Below, piece after piece: positions 43,401-54,061 of a stretch of 64,000 nt of DNA. Within the stretch, counting starts at the first letter, position 1, and each line of letters starts with the position of its first letter. The DNA is from a virus, in the IMG/VR virus record IMGVR_UViG_3300049847_000198, positions 1 to 64,000 of that record; one strand, 5' to 3'. Made by a program: the position numbers and the translations under genes. The notes under the pieces were generated by a model. It was given only the letters and a program-made list of their open reading frames with translations. It did not search any database and was not told where the DNA came from.

Positions 43401-44108
43401 AGCCGTGATTGAATACCGAGGCTACCAAATCGCTCGCGATCCGCCGCCGATTCCGTCGCGTGCATTCGACTGGCAATTCGCAGCCGATGGCTATGACGGA
43501 GCGATTGACTCCAGCGACATCCGTTGCGGTAGCGGACCTGACGCCAAAGACTGCATGGAACAGATCGACGAAATCGAAGAACTTCTCACTGAAAGAAAAC
43601 TCTCACTGAAAGGCAACTGACCATGAACTCTGATCTTTATCCTTGGACCATCATCATCTGCGGTTGCGTTGTGATTTACGGACTGAGAATGCTTCCGCTG
43701 TGGCGACACTTCGGCAACCCGAAGTTGTCTCCGTGTTTCTTCTCTGAGTCCCTCACGAAGTGGCACGGAGAAAAACTGTCCACAAGGCGTGTGCTCGTGA
43801 AAGCCGAAGGCCCAGAAGACCCCGATTGGATCGACTTCTATCGAGAGGGAAACCTCTTCATTGGCTACGAATACTTTGCCGACTACTGCCGCAGACCGGT
43901 TGAAGTCGAAAACGAAGCAGCCAAGAATGTGTATCTCCGACGCACGAAGGCGGACGACAAAGTCATTCACGTCGAACTTGGGCAGTTCGTTATGATTTGG
44001 CCGTCGTTTGAGACCGTGAAGAAACTCGCTCGGCCGTACCGCCAAGAGTTTCGACGACCGAGCGATAGGCAGCACGTCTGTCACATGCAACCGTATTAAG
44101 GGCGAATC

Positions 44109-44657
44109 ATGGCCATACCGATCGACAAGAAAGACATCGCTGCCGCGAAGCAGAAACTCAATCAGGAGATTCGCAAGTTTATGATTGAGACTGGCAAGAA
44201 GTTCGAGGTGTTCTTTAGCGACAAACTCGACACATTGTGTGTTGGAAGAAAACATCACTCACCGCAGGGTGCGTACCCGTACCGAGAGACAGGCAGCCTG
44301 CAAGCGTCAGTCGGTTATGAAGTCACGTCTAACAACTCAATCAACGTCGGCGTCGTTCGCGATGTTCGACTCGATGGCAAGAAACGCAACCCGATGATCT
44401 ATGGCGCAGAACTTGAATATCAGATGTACCGAAAAATGGTGCAGCGTGCTTGGGAAGAGTTCTGGCCAACGATTGACCATCGGATTCTGTTCAAGATCGG
44501 AGCGAAAGTTACTCGCGAACTTGAGTTCGTTCAGACGAAAGGCAAGGCGTTCTCGACAATCCCAACCGTGATCGAACTACAAGACATTGGAGACTTTGTT
44601 GCGACCAAGCCGACCATGATGGGACGCGAGATTTATCAGAAGACAATGTTCGGTTAG
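44109..44657 (+). CDS. HK97 gp10-like neck/tail-completion protein
   Basis: S..G.YP.RETGSLQASV...YGAELE motif. Confidence 0.6.
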   Translation: MAIPIDKKDIAAAKQKLNQEIRKFMIETGKKFEVFFSDKLDTLCVGRKHHSPQGAYPYRETGSLQASVGYEVTSNNSINVGVVRDVRLDGKKRNPMIYGAELEYQMYRKMVQRAWEEFWPTIDHRILFKIGAKVTRELEFVQTKGKAFSTIPTVIELQDIGDFVATKPTMMGREIYQKTMFG

Positions 44658-45157
44658 CTGCCGCTTGAATCTGGGAATGAATTTGTTCGCTGGTATTGAC
44701 AGACTCCGTGAATTTCCCCAAGAAAAACGAGCAAATCGTTATGTCCGACTGGATAGTATTCGCTGCCTTCAACGACGCATCGACTCACGGTCGCGTTCGT
44801 CATTTTGAACGGACCAACTGAAGCCGTGTGTCCGTTATTGAAAGCCTGTCGAATCTGCTCAATGAAACCATCGTCGCTCGTCAGGTCGTCTTCGTTGTTC
44901 GTCCACACATACAAGAAAAAGTTCTGTTCGTAGATGACGCAATCCACCGTCCGCTTGATCTCACGTTCTTTCATCACCGCGAACTCAGCACGCGGGAACC
45001 CGACGTTCTCGCTTTCCGGCGTACCAGCCACAATCCGTGCCGCCTTGTCTGTGTACGCCTTCTCGTTGACGTAGCCGCTACCAAGAAAGAGTTTGCAGAT
45101 ACTGGATTCAAGGCCAGCACCAATCCACCGAGCGTCTATCGCCGCGCCAACTGACAT
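44654..45157 (-). CDS. tail terminator-like protein
   Basis: size, FPRA and I..AF motifs, proximity to neck genes. Confidence 0.45.
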   Translation of the reverse strand: MSVGAAIDARWIGAGLESSICKLFLGSGYVNEKAYTDKAARIVAGTPESENVGFPRAEFAVMKEREIKRTVDCVIYEQNFFLYVWTNNEDDLTSDDGFIEQIRQAFNNGHTASVGPFKMTNATVSRCVVEGSEYYPVGHNDLLVFLGEIHGVCQYQRTNSFPDSSGS

Positions 45158-45375
45158 TGGAGACTCCCATGCTTATTAAAATCGTAGTGTTCGATCAAAC
45201 GTGGCGACTCGAAGAGTCCGCCAGCTTCACCGAGGAATGGACCGGACCACTGCCGCAACGCAAGGACTGTATCGCCTTGAGCGGTCCAGATGAATTCGGA
45301 ATCGTCAAGCAGCGTATCTGGATGCCTGATGGCAGCCTGACGCTGCATGTGGTGCGGAAAGAAAAAGAGACAGAA

Positions 45376-45525
45376 TCATCTTCTTAGCCACGGCCAGAAC
45401 GCCGCGACGCCAGCGGCGATGAACCACTCAGACGGCTTCAGTCGCTCGCGGCGAACTCGCTTGAAGACAATCACGCAACCGAGAAGCCAGTAACCAGCGA
45501 ACAGTCCAAGAAGAAAGTCGAACAT
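45376..45525 (-). CDS. 49-aa two-TM peptide
   Basis: MFDFLLGLFAGYWLLGCVIVFKRVRR...FIAAGVAAFWPWLRR*. Confidence 0.45.
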   Translation of the reverse strand: MFDFLLGLFAGYWLLGCVIVFKRVRRERLKPSEWFIAAGVAAFWPWLRR

Positions 45526-45721
45526 GAAGAAAGACCGTATTCAGGGCGAAGTACTTTTCATTGACGTCTCTCAATGTGCAAGGCGTTACTCAATCAGCAA
45601 TCGAGCATGGACGAGGCTTGTCGCAAAAGGCGAGGCACCGAGTCCGGTTAAGTTCGGCAGGTTGACGCGATGGTCAATCAAGTCTCTTGAAGAATGGGAA
45701 TCACGAAAGGAAAAGCAATGA
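45524..45721 (+). CDS. AlpA/excisionase-like HTH protein
   Basis: CARRYSIS..W.RLV..GEAPSPVKFGRLTRW. Confidence 0.75.
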   Translation: MKKDRIQGEVLFIDVSQCARRYSISNRAWTRLVAKGEAPSPVKFGRLTRWSIKSLEEWESRKEKQ

Positions 45722-45995
45722 ACTCACGCAGCAACAAGGTTCGATGTGATGTTTGCCACAAAGAAAACATCGGAAGAATGAAGAGAACCAAATGTCTCGA
45801 TTGCGATAAGATGATGTGTCGGTTTTGTACCGCCGTTTTGCAGGGAGACGGAGAAAGGTGCCCTGATTGCAGAAGGCGACGATTCCTTGAGTTCGTTGAA
45901 GAAAACAAGTACCGAAAGAACAAAAATCAGATTGCGATTAGCTGCCAAGGCGAAACCATCTACGGAGTTCCGTGGACCGGAGTAGAACAGTGAAA

Positions 45996-46361
45996 TCATC
46001 CCACAGGTCCGAACTCCTCGATCACAGTGACCCACGCCATAACAGAACCTGAACCAAGAACCTGTGGTCGAGACGGCTGAACGACCGATGTCTCGACGGC
46101 GTCTGCGCCAGTGTATGGAACAACCCAGACGTGAGAAGTGCTGCCGATTTCGGGATCGCTCGACGTGAACAACTTCCAGCTTCTCTTCCCTGCCCTAATT
46201 CCAAGTGCTGCGATCTCGGACGAAGGGGTTCCTTGTTGATTGCACTTAACCGTCCGCGAGTTCGACGTCCACGCCTTCTGCGCAGCACCGCCTGCCGTCT
46301 TTGTTGACGTCTGCGACTTCACGGTGACAGTGTGTTTTTCACATAAAAGAGCGAGCGACAT
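45996..46361 (-). CDS. head-closure (SPP1 gp16-like) protein
   Basis: HTVTVK....K..GG....W pattern; directly after the distal-tail gene. Confidence 0.6.
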   Translation of the reverse strand: MSLALLCEKHTVTVKSQTSTKTAGGAAQKAWTSNSRTVKCNQQGTPSSEIAALGIRAGKRSWKLFTSSDPEIGSTSHVWVVPYTGADAVETSVVQPSRPQVLGSGSVMAWVTVIEEFGPVG

Positions 46362-46363
46362 GC

Positions 46364-47449
46364 TTATGGTTCCGGCTTGAAGAGTTTCGTGAAGTCCGCC
46401 TTCTGGTAGATCGCCGTCTCGTCCTGATAGCCAATCACGAGGTCGTCGTAGTTGTACCCGAACGCGAAGTTGCAATCGCTGAATGGGTTATTGACCTGCC
46501 GCTCCAGGCGATAGAAGCCAGCCGGGGCGAAGATGCACTCGGCGTATGGACCCGTACCGACCTTGTTGCTCGCACCTTGATAGAAGAAATGGTTCCATCC
46601 GCCCGGAGCGTCTTGGTCCATAGCGAATACCCGTTTTTCGCTGAACCGATAGACCATCTCCATCGCGTAGGTGCCGTCAGACATCACCTGAGTCTGCACC
46701 TGTGCTCCTGGAAAAAGAAGCGTCTCGACGGCAACCTGACCAGTGATGAAATTCAACTGAGACGAATTGACGTGACCTATGCAGTTTCGGATCGCTGTGA
46801 ACGGCGGACGAACCACTCGCGGCCAAGTTACCTCGTGCTCGATCTGAGCAATCAAGACGTGTGCTTTCGTGTCTTCGTCAACCTGACGACCAACCCAGTT
46901 TCGGTAAGTCGGATCGCTTGGCAAGACAGGAACAGTCTCTGTTTTGTAGAGCAGCTTATCCCACACACTGCCGCCACGACCGAGCGTGATGACCTCCCCG
47001 CCAATCGACCAACGATGCGTCAGATACGGCACAGGGTCAGTGTCGTTGACTGGCTGGTTCTTGAGGTTCTCATACGTCAGTTCGACGTGCGCATGGTTGT
47101 AGACCGGCAGCTTGATTGATGTGCCAGTGTAGTCCAAAACAGGACTAATCGCAGGAGCGACGTTCGCAATCAGGTCTCCGGCATTGACTGGAATGATTTT
47201 CAGGTTCGTGCAGCGCAGATTCGGCCAACCGGGAAACGCTTGTCCGAGGTACTGGTATAGATTGCCTGAGATGATCTGCGACGGCGGGAAAATCGACGTA
47301 GCGAACGCAGCGAGATCGTCCCACGGAACCCAGCCACAGACAGTGGCACGCGATTCATTGGAACTGATATCGAACGTCGGATACCCAGCTTCGACCGAGA
47401 ACCCTGACGTTGGTGATGCGTTGGGGTATGCCCCAATGTTTGTGCTCAT
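46364..47449 (-). CDS. probable distal tail/baseplate-hub protein
   Basis: follows TMP; G.VN...F, ETLLF.G, Y.F and GWN motifs. Confidence 0.55.
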   Translation of the reverse strand: MSTNIGAYPNASPTSGFSVEAGYPTFDISSNESRATVCGWVPWDDLAAFATSIFPPSQIISGNLYQYLGQAFPGWPNLRCTNLKIIPVNAGDLIANVAPAISPVLDYTGTSIKLPVYNHAHVELTYENLKNQPVNDTDPVPYLTHRWSIGGEVITLGRGGSVWDKLLYKTETVPVLPSDPTYRNWVGRQVDEDTKAHVLIAQIEHEVTWPRVVRPPFTAIRNCIGHVNSSQLNFITGQVAVETLLFPGAQVQTQVMSDGTYAMEMVYRFSEKRVFAMDQDAPGGWNHFFYQGASNKVGTGPYAECIFAPAGFYRLERQVNNPFSDCNFAFGYNYDDLVIGYQDETAIYQKADFTKLFKPEP

Positions 47450-47487
47450 TCGATTCGGCTTCCGTTCCGATGCCTGTCAAAAAGAAA

Positions 47488-50400
47488 CTACGCCAGCAAA
47501 CCCGTTTCCATGTTCTGGATCGCACCAACCGTCTGGCCAACGCCGTTAGAGATCATGCCAAGTTTTTCGTTCAGCGTGCGGAGAATGTCCGTCAGCACCT
47601 TGGAATTATCAAGTCCGTCCTTTAATGACACTTCCATGCCCTTTGAAGAAACATCACTGCCGCCTCCGATACCAAGGCGGTTCATCCGATCTTCCTGTGC
47701 CTTCAAAGCGTCCTTGCCATACTCGATCTTCGGCATTCCTTTGACTTCGTCTTGTCCTGCCTTCCAGCCTTCATATTCAGTGTTGCCTCGTGCGCTGTAG
47801 TTCGGCTTCGCGGACGTCGGCATGTCCGACAAACGACCCGCAACCTGCTTCTCTCGCTGAGACGTTCCTTTCGTGTAGCGTCCCGTGTCTTTGTTCATCA
47901 ACGTGCTCGCCTCGTGACTGAACTCTGGAGTCGCCTTGTCCATCCACGAGTTTCTTTTAGTCGCAGCACCGACACGAGTCCCTCTACTACTCCCGTAGTC
48001 GGTTCGAGGAATGATCCCGCTTTTCAGGCTACCGAAACTCCAAGGTTCAGGTTTTTCTTCTTCTTTCGGCTTAGCGGCATCGGAAGCATTCTTGCGAGCA
48101 AGCATCCCTGCTCGCTTTGTGTCTGATTCAACCTTCTTCTGTGAATCAGTTTTCGGTTCTGCATACAGCCGCCCCGTTGCGTCTTGCGCCTTCTGGGACA
48201 TGCCACGTCTCTGCATTTGCTTGAGATGCTCTTCTTTGGCCATCTCGCGAAAATCAGGACCAAGCGGCTGCGTGTATGTTGCCGTAGATTTGCTTGACGA
48301 GGCATTTGCTCCCATGCCCTTTGTGCCCTGCGAGCGAGGACCGGGCATCGTGAACTCCATCTCGCTGGTTTCTCCACCAGTTCGAGGTTCAAGCATCTTC
48401 TTGCGAAGAAACTTCAACGACGATTCATCTGCGCCAACGCCAGAGGCACGCTTCATTGAGTCTTGCGCTCGCTGAGACAAAGCAGAATCCTGGTGCTGAT
48501 CATAGAGTCGTTCCCCTGCCCCGTAATGGTTCTGGCTATTCCCGCCTGCTCTAAGCTGGCCGAGAGTTGGCAACGGTCCAACAAAAAGACTGCGACGAGA
48601 AATCTTCTCTCGTTCTGCGTTCTTTGCCGCCACCGCTTCCTGTTGTCGTTTTCGTGACGCCTTGAGTTGCTCGTTGCGTTGCTGAAACGGCGTCAGCGAC
48701 TTCTTGAAATAGGATCTGGATTGAGGAGCGGCTGACGGAATCGCCGGTCCAGCACCGAACGATTCGTGCTGTGGTTTATTCACCGTTGGGCGAGTTTCTT
48801 TTTTCTTTTCCTCAACAGGCTTCTTGTCGTAATCTGGAGCATCGAACCACAATTGGCCGCGACCAGAACCCGCACCCCATCCAAAACCTCCGCCGCCCGC
48901 GAATCCCGGAACGCCAGCCTCGCCGAACATCTCCGCTGATCGCTTACCGTTGTTCTGCCCAAGCCGCTCCTGCTGCTGCGGAGTCAGCACGACTTCACCG
49001 GGACGCAATCGTGCCGGGATCGTGTCGCGTGCGTCGCCTCGTCCGCCTTCCGCATATCCACGAATCATGCCACCCATCGCGCTGCCGGGAAACTTAGCCC
49101 CTCTGGCAAGGTCGTCTCGCAGAGCCTTGATCTCGTCACGAATCTGTTTTTCAACTTCCAGTGACGGATCGTTATTCAAAAGAGATGTCTGGATTGTGTT
49201 ATACAATCCCTCAACGCCCATTACCTGCGCCGTACCCTTCGGGCGTGCGGCGTTATCCAGTTGCTTCAGGATCGTTTGCTGATCGCCAGCAGAAGAATCA
49301 TTAAACGACTCTTTGAGTGCTCCACGACTCTGCTTGATGTCGTCGAGACGGAACAAGCCTTCATTCACGACACCGGGAAGCATCTGACTGAAGTTACGCA
49401 GTCCTGCTCCGGCGATTCCGAGAGCACGTTTGAACTTTGCTCGCTCTGCGTCGGCTACAAGCTGCAACGCCTCTGGTTCAGCGTTCAGCTTCTCGTAAGC
49501 CTTACGTCGAATCTCTAACTCGACTACCAGCTTTTGACTCTCTTGCTCGATATCTCGCTGAGCGTTGAATTCCGCAAGAATTCGAGACTGACCTTTCGTC
49601 GTCATGTATTCTTGAGTTCGACGTTCTTTCTCTGGCTTGCTGGTCAGATTGTTATAGGCCGCTTGCGTGACATCGAGTTTCTCTTTGAGTTCAGGTCCGA
49701 GTCGTCTTACTCGCTCTTTCGCCTCCTTGATTGCCGCTTCATTCCCTTGAAGTCTTTCGCTTGCTCGACTGACGGCTTCCCCGAAAACAGGACGACCAGT
49801 TCTTGCTTGCTGGTTCCTTGCCTGCATCAACTCGTCTGATGTTGAGTTCGGATTCTCAGTCGCCTGACGAACGAGTTCCGCTCGTCCCTTGATGCTGTCG
49901 TCTAGTTCCTTCAGGAGAGCTTCAAGCTCCTTGTAAACACCAGCTTCTTTTTCTTTATCGAACTTTGCCTGTAGTTCGTTGATATGTTTGCGAGCGCGAA
50001 CGCGATCAAGTTCCGACATCTCAGTGAAATTCCACAGCTTTGGATTTTCTTTCGCAGCCTGAGAAAAATTCTTCGGAGCGTTGAATCTCCCTTTTGGTTC
50101 ATATTTTTCCTCCTCAAGCCCCAGTCGAGCGAAAGTGTCACCGAAAGCTGGACCAATAGACTCAAAGAATCCAGAGAACGCATCTTTGAAGTAATTGCCA
50201 ACCGCTGGAAGTGGAGCACGATTCGGGTCTCGCTTGTCTGGAATGGACTCCTTCTCCATTCGGTTCATCTGTGCCTTGAGCTTGTTGATCTCCGCGTTGA
50301 CCGCCATTGGGTCGCCAGAAATCTTCAGGATGTCTTCCGAGATCGAACCTGACGAAGATCGACCACGAATCTTCTCAACCTTGCCCATCGAGTCAGCAAG

Positions 50401-52413
50401 ACGGTCGATCGAGTCCTTCCATCCCTCTGTTGATTTCTTCGCCTTCTTCGAGGCGATGTCATACAGCGCAGTCACAGCCAACAACGAAGCGATGCCAACG
50501 CTTGCCGCTGTGCCGCCTACGCCTACCAATGCCAACGCGGGTCCAATGTTGTTCGCTGCACCAAGAAACGCCCTGACAGGTGATTGCCCTGCCGCGAGAA
50601 CTTGGAAGAAGTCCTCAACGCCATACGCCGCCTGCTGTGCGGCGAACGTCAGGTTTTGGCCTCCAAACCCCTTTGATGCGGCATTCGGGTTGCGGACACG
50701 CTCGTTCTCTCTGTGTGCCTGAGCGAGTTTTGTTTGCGCAGCCTGAATCTTGTATTTGCTGGCACCGCTTGCTTCTAGGTCCGCCAAGACATTCTGTGCT
50801 TTATCGAGCGCGGCTTGAGCAGGTATAGCCTTCGCGGCGTTTACCGCGTTCATTTTCCGGCGTGTCTTTAGAGTTCGTTTATCTTCGGCAGCAATATCTT
50901 CCAGTAGCTTAGCTGATTCCGCAGCCGCTGTGTCGCCTCTCGCAGCCGCCGCCGCTCCTGCCTTCCTCTGTTTTATTTCTTCTTTTTTGGCTGCCTTGAA
51001 GTCTCCTACGATAAGTTTATCAGCGTCGCCGTAAGCCGATTCGAGATGCTTAGCAGTCAGACTTCGGTCAACTCCGAAAAGACCGCGTCCTTTGCGTATC
51101 TTCTCGGTAGCGTCGTCGTAGGCTTCTTGGCGATCCCCAAAGCGACTTGACGGCTTCGGGGCGTTTGCGGCATTCATCTTCGCCCACTGTGCTGCATTCG
51201 GTGCCGCAGGTCCGAACTGCGGACCTGGTGGCGGCGGTGAGTTTGCCGCTGCATTGGCAGCGTTCATCTTCGCCTGCTGAGCAGGAGTAGGTGCCGCAGG
51301 TCCGAACTGCGGCATTGACTGAGCGGCATTCATTGCCGCTTGTTGCTGCGGAGTCGGAACAGGCGGTCCAGCCGCCTGATGTGGTCCATAGGTTCCTGTC
51401 GGCTGACGGAACTGGTCTCGCTCCTGTTTCTTCTGGTTCTCTTTCTGTTCTCTAATCCAGTCGTCGGCAAACTTCTTATCCGCAGCCGCTTTTGCCGCCG
51501 CAGCCTTAGCGGAAACGTCCGCCGCTTTCTTTGCGTCAGCTTCTTGCTTCTGCCTATTCGCGTTCGCTGACTTAATCCAGTCGGCGGAAAACTTAGCCGC
51601 TGCGTCAGCTTTCTTCTTCTCGGCGTCAGCAGCTTTCTTTTGTGATTTTGCGTAATCAGCTTCTTGCTTCTTTGCGTCAGACCGAGAAGAAGCGATCCAC
51701 TGCTTCGCGAACTCTTCGTCCGCCTTGGCTTTGGCGATGCGAGCGGCTTCCGCCTGCTTCTCGGCAGTAGGCAATTCGTCTCCGCCAAGAGAGCGTTTAA
51801 CGCCACCCATCGAGTTTCCTCCGGGAAGAAAACCGCCACCACCAACGGGCGGGTTCTCTCCGGCAGGCAATTCGTAATGGACGCGAAACTTCTCTTGCTC
51901 TTTCAGGCGATACTTCTGGCGAGCACTTAAAATGCTCCCCGAAGGAAGAGGCTGATTTGGTCCCCCCAAGTCTGGACCGCCAAAATTAGCCGGTAATGGC
52001 CTTTGAGAAGGCGCTGTCGGTGTTTGCTCAATCGGCGGATTCGACGATCCAGAACGCGATTTTCGAGTCTTGGGAGCGTTCCGTGCGGCATTGGCTGAAG
52101 AAACAGCAGTCTTCGCTTCCTTCGCGGCCGCCGCCACGGCGTTCAGGTCCGTGACCATCGCGCTGGATTGCTCGGAAACGACGTTCCTGAGACCTGTCTT
52201 TGCCTTTTCGCCAGCATCAAGAAAAGCCTCTCCGAGAACTGCGGCAGCGACTACCACACGTCCAAGGCTGTTTTCCATGCTCTTAGATGCGGATTCCACG
52301 GTCTTTGCCAGACCATCAACCTTCGTTTCAGTCTTTTTTGTCGCCGCAGAGAGTTCTTCCTCTGAAAAAAGAACGCCCTGAACGAACCGCACGTTTTTCT
52401 TTGAATCCGCCAT
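47488..52413 (-). CDS. tape measure protein (1641 aa) with large low-complexity extensions
   Basis: Ala/Lys helical repeats; QQAAYGVEDF followed by a TM-like segment; GGMIRGYAEGG..DTIPARL.PGE.VL motif. Confidence 0.85.
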   Translation of the reverse strand: MADSKKNVRFVQGVLFSEEELSAATKKTETKVDGLAKTVESASKSMENSLGRVVVAAAVLGEAFLDAGEKAKTGLRNVVSEQSSAMVTDLNAVAAAAKEAKTAVSSANAARNAPKTRKSRSGSSNPPIEQTPTAPSQRPLPANFGGPDLGGPNQPLPSGSILSARQKYRLKEQEKFRVHYELPAGENPPVGGGGFLPGGNSMGGVKRSLGGDELPTAEKQAEAARIAKAKADEEFAKQWIASSRSDAKKQEADYAKSQKKAADAEKKKADAAAKFSADWIKSANANRQKQEADAKKAADVSAKAAAAKAAADKKFADDWIREQKENQKKQERDQFRQPTGTYGPHQAAGPPVPTPQQQAAMNAAQSMPQFGPAAPTPAQQAKMNAANAAANSPPPPGPQFGPAAPNAAQWAKMNAANAPKPSSRFGDRQEAYDDATEKIRKGRGLFGVDRSLTAKHLESAYGDADKLIVGDFKAAKKEEIKQRKAGAAAAARGDTAAAESAKLLEDIAAEDKRTLKTRRKMNAVNAAKAIPAQAALDKAQNVLADLEASGASKYKIQAAQTKLAQAHRENERVRNPNAASKGFGGQNLTFAAQQAAYGVEDFFQVLAAGQSPVRAFLGAANNIGPALALVGVGGTAASVGIASLLAVTALYDIASKKAKKSTEGWKDSIDRLADSMGKVEKIRGRSSSGSISEDILKISGDPMAVNAEINKLKAQMNRMEKESIPDKRDPNRAPLPAVGNYFKDAFSGFFESIGPAFGDTFARLGLEEEKYEPKGRFNAPKNFSQAAKENPKLWNFTEMSELDRVRARKHINELQAKFDKEKEAGVYKELEALLKELDDSIKGRAELVRQATENPNSTSDELMQARNQQARTGRPVFGEAVSRASERLQGNEAAIKEAKERVRRLGPELKEKLDVTQAAYNNLTSKPEKERRTQEYMTTKGQSRILAEFNAQRDIEQESQKLVVELEIRRKAYEKLNAEPEALQLVADAERAKFKRALGIAGAGLRNFSQMLPGVVNEGLFRLDDIKQSRGALKESFNDSSAGDQQTILKQLDNAARPKGTAQVMGVEGLYNTIQTSLLNNDPSLEVEKQIRDEIKALRDDLARGAKFPGSAMGGMIRGYAEGGRGDARDTIPARLRPGEVVLTPQQQERLGQNNGKRSAEMFGEAGVPGFAGGGGFGWGAGSGRGQLWFDAPDYDKKPVEEKKKETRPTVNKPQHESFGAGPAIPSAAPQSRSYFKKSLTPFQQRNEQLKASRKRQQEAVAAKNAEREKISRRSLFVGPLPTLGQLRAGGNSQNHYGAGERLYDQHQDSALSQRAQDSMKRASGVGADESSLKFLRKKMLEPRTGGETSEMEFTMPGPRSQGTKGMGANASSSKSTATYTQPLGPDFREMAKEEHLKQMQRRGMSQKAQDATGRLYAEPKTDSQKKVESDTKRAGMLARKNASDAAKPKEEEKPEPWSFGSLKSGIIPRTDYGSSRGTRVGAATKRNSWMDKATPEFSHEASTLMNKDTGRYTKGTSQREKQVAGRLSDMPTSAKPNYSARGNTEYEGWKAGQDEVKGMPKIEYGKDALKAQEDRMNRLGIGGGSDVSSKGMEVSLKDGLDNSKVLTDILRTLNEKLGMISNGVGQTVGAIQNMETGLLA

Positions 52414-52510
52414 CGCCGCCTCCGTTGAGAATGAGGCGGCAGGTTAGCCGAAAAACGACGGGCGTGTCATCGTTGCGTATTTGGAGTGCCGCGCGGCACC
52501 TGAGTTTCGG

Positions 52511-54052
52511 CTACGCCGGAACGACTGCGACTGTCGGCGATAGGCGGGACTGCCGAAAGCAGTCAACGAGACACTGCTCAGCGAACTTTGCGTCCGACTC
52601 CGTCACCAACAGGCTATCGTGGATCGTGCCAAGAAAACGCTTCGGTCTCGCCTTGAGGAACGCGGCAGCAGCTTTGTGGATCACGTACTGGCTTTCGATG
52701 TTCTGGAGTAGCTTCGGTAAGACCGAGTGATGTGACCGCTTCAAGGTGCAGATGATCTTCCAGACGTGAGGAAATTCCCTGACAAACAAATCTCGGAACA
52801 GGCGACCCGGAACGTCTTCTTTTTCGCAGAAGATGCACTCTCTGAAGAATGTCTGTTTGAACTCATGCCGAGCCATTGATGCGTAGCTGGTGCCAGCAGG
52901 CACTAGCTTTTGGAAGTGATCGTAGAGTTGGCCTTCACAGCAGAGCGTGATGTACCGCTCGCACTCTTTCCAGTGATGCTTTACCAGCCTGATCGCCGAC
53001 AGAACATCGCTTTCGATGCTCTTGCTCAGAGGAACTGCCGAAGTCGGTTCTTGGTACAATTCCTGTGTGTTTTTGCAGTCAAAATCACCGTAAGTCGTTT
53101 CTTTAGTTGATTTTTCGTTAGATTGTTGCATCATAAGGGTGTGGGAGGGAGAGGGGCTTTCCTGCGGTTGTGTGGCGTTGTCTTGTGCGTTTGTTACATT
53201 TCGCGTCAGACGTTCAGTTGTGACTTTAGCTACACTGTAGTCGTTTTGTAATGAGTACCGTTCGATCTTGTGTATCAACTCACGTACCTTGTCAGACTCC
53301 ACGGTGTCGCTGAGGTTGAAAAGAAACATCAACAGACATCCGAAGATGAACGGCTGGCTGTTTCGGACATCGGTGTTCCAGAGTGATTCTCCGTGCCATC
53401 GCAGGTATTGCCGCAGGTCCGAGGACAGGTTCGTTAGGTTACTATGAACTCGCCCGTACTTGTCTTCCATCAAAAAGAATTGATGCGTTGAGATCATGGT
53501 GATGCTTGACTCGTCCATCCATTGAGCGAACTTCGGGTTCTTGGTTGCCGAATAGTCCTTGGCGAATCGCACATGCCGCAGAGCCGCTGGCGTGTCGATT
53601 TCCAGCCCTCTAAGCAGTTGGTACAGGGATTTGATCGTCGGACTTGAGAACCTGTCCTGCTGATCGTTTCGGAACTTGTCGATCTTGCGGTTCAAGCGGC
53701 GGTTCTTGACCGGACGGATTACTCCGTAGGCGTATCGGAATGTGCCTGTCATGCGGTAGCTCCTTGAATAAAAACCAGCCCTATAGCTCAGATCGACCTC
53801 GATGACACCATTTTCTCTAAGCCAGTCGATCCACTTCGAGAGTCTCTTCCACGAAACGACCTCCCGTAGCTTGTCGATCTTCAAGTAAACCCAATCGTCC
53901 GGGTCGTATCGCCGCGAGTCGTGCATGAATCGCCCGTAGACGCAGTGAACGATGTAGGCGGCTTCCTCCCAGTGCTTCGAGAGTTCTGGCGGCGCACGAC
54001 TGGCGATATCCAGCGTTTCAGGCAGCGTCAGATATCTCTGCGTCCAAGCCAC
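52511..54052 (-). CDS. superfamily-A (PolA/T7-RNAP-related, TV-Pol-like) polymerase
   Basis: GRVHSNLTN, DVRNSQP (motif A), LQNIES, TIHDS (motif C); no exonuclease domain. Confidence 0.65.
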   Translation of the reverse strand: MAWTQRYLTLPETLDIASRAPPELSKHWEEAAYIVHCVYGRFMHDSRRYDPDDWVYLKIDKLREVVSWKRLSKWIDWLRENGVIEVDLSYRAGFYSRSYRMTGTFRYAYGVIRPVKNRRLNRKIDKFRNDQQDRFSSPTIKSLYQLLRGLEIDTPAALRHVRFAKDYSATKNPKFAQWMDESSITMISTHQFFLMEDKYGRVHSNLTNLSSDLRQYLRWHGESLWNTDVRNSQPFIFGCLLMFLFNLSDTVESDKVRELIHKIERYSLQNDYSVAKVTTERLTRNVTNAQDNATQPQESPSPSHTLMMQQSNEKSTKETTYGDFDCKNTQELYQEPTSAVPLSKSIESDVLSAIRLVKHHWKECERYITLCCEGQLYDHFQKLVPAGTSYASMARHEFKQTFFRECIFCEKEDVPGRLFRDLFVREFPHVWKIICTLKRSHHSVLPKLLQNIESQYVIHKAAAAFLKARPKRFLGTIHDSLLVTESDAKFAEQCLVDCFRQSRLSPTVAVVPA

Positions 54053-54061
54053 GGATCATCC

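Larger units (their letters stand above)
31031..44099 (+). other. cluster of ~35 small co-oriented early/host-takeover-type genes
   Basis: dense + strand ORFs (e.g. 31433-31813, 32271-32801, 33538-34179, 34246-35109, 35219-35656, 38326-38820, 43623-44099), many with GAAAGGC RBS. Confidence 0.75.

Noticed and set aside
45524-45721. Prophage boundary or att site near the AlpA/Xis-like gene
   Set aside because: No integrase or host genes nearby; both flanks are phage-like.
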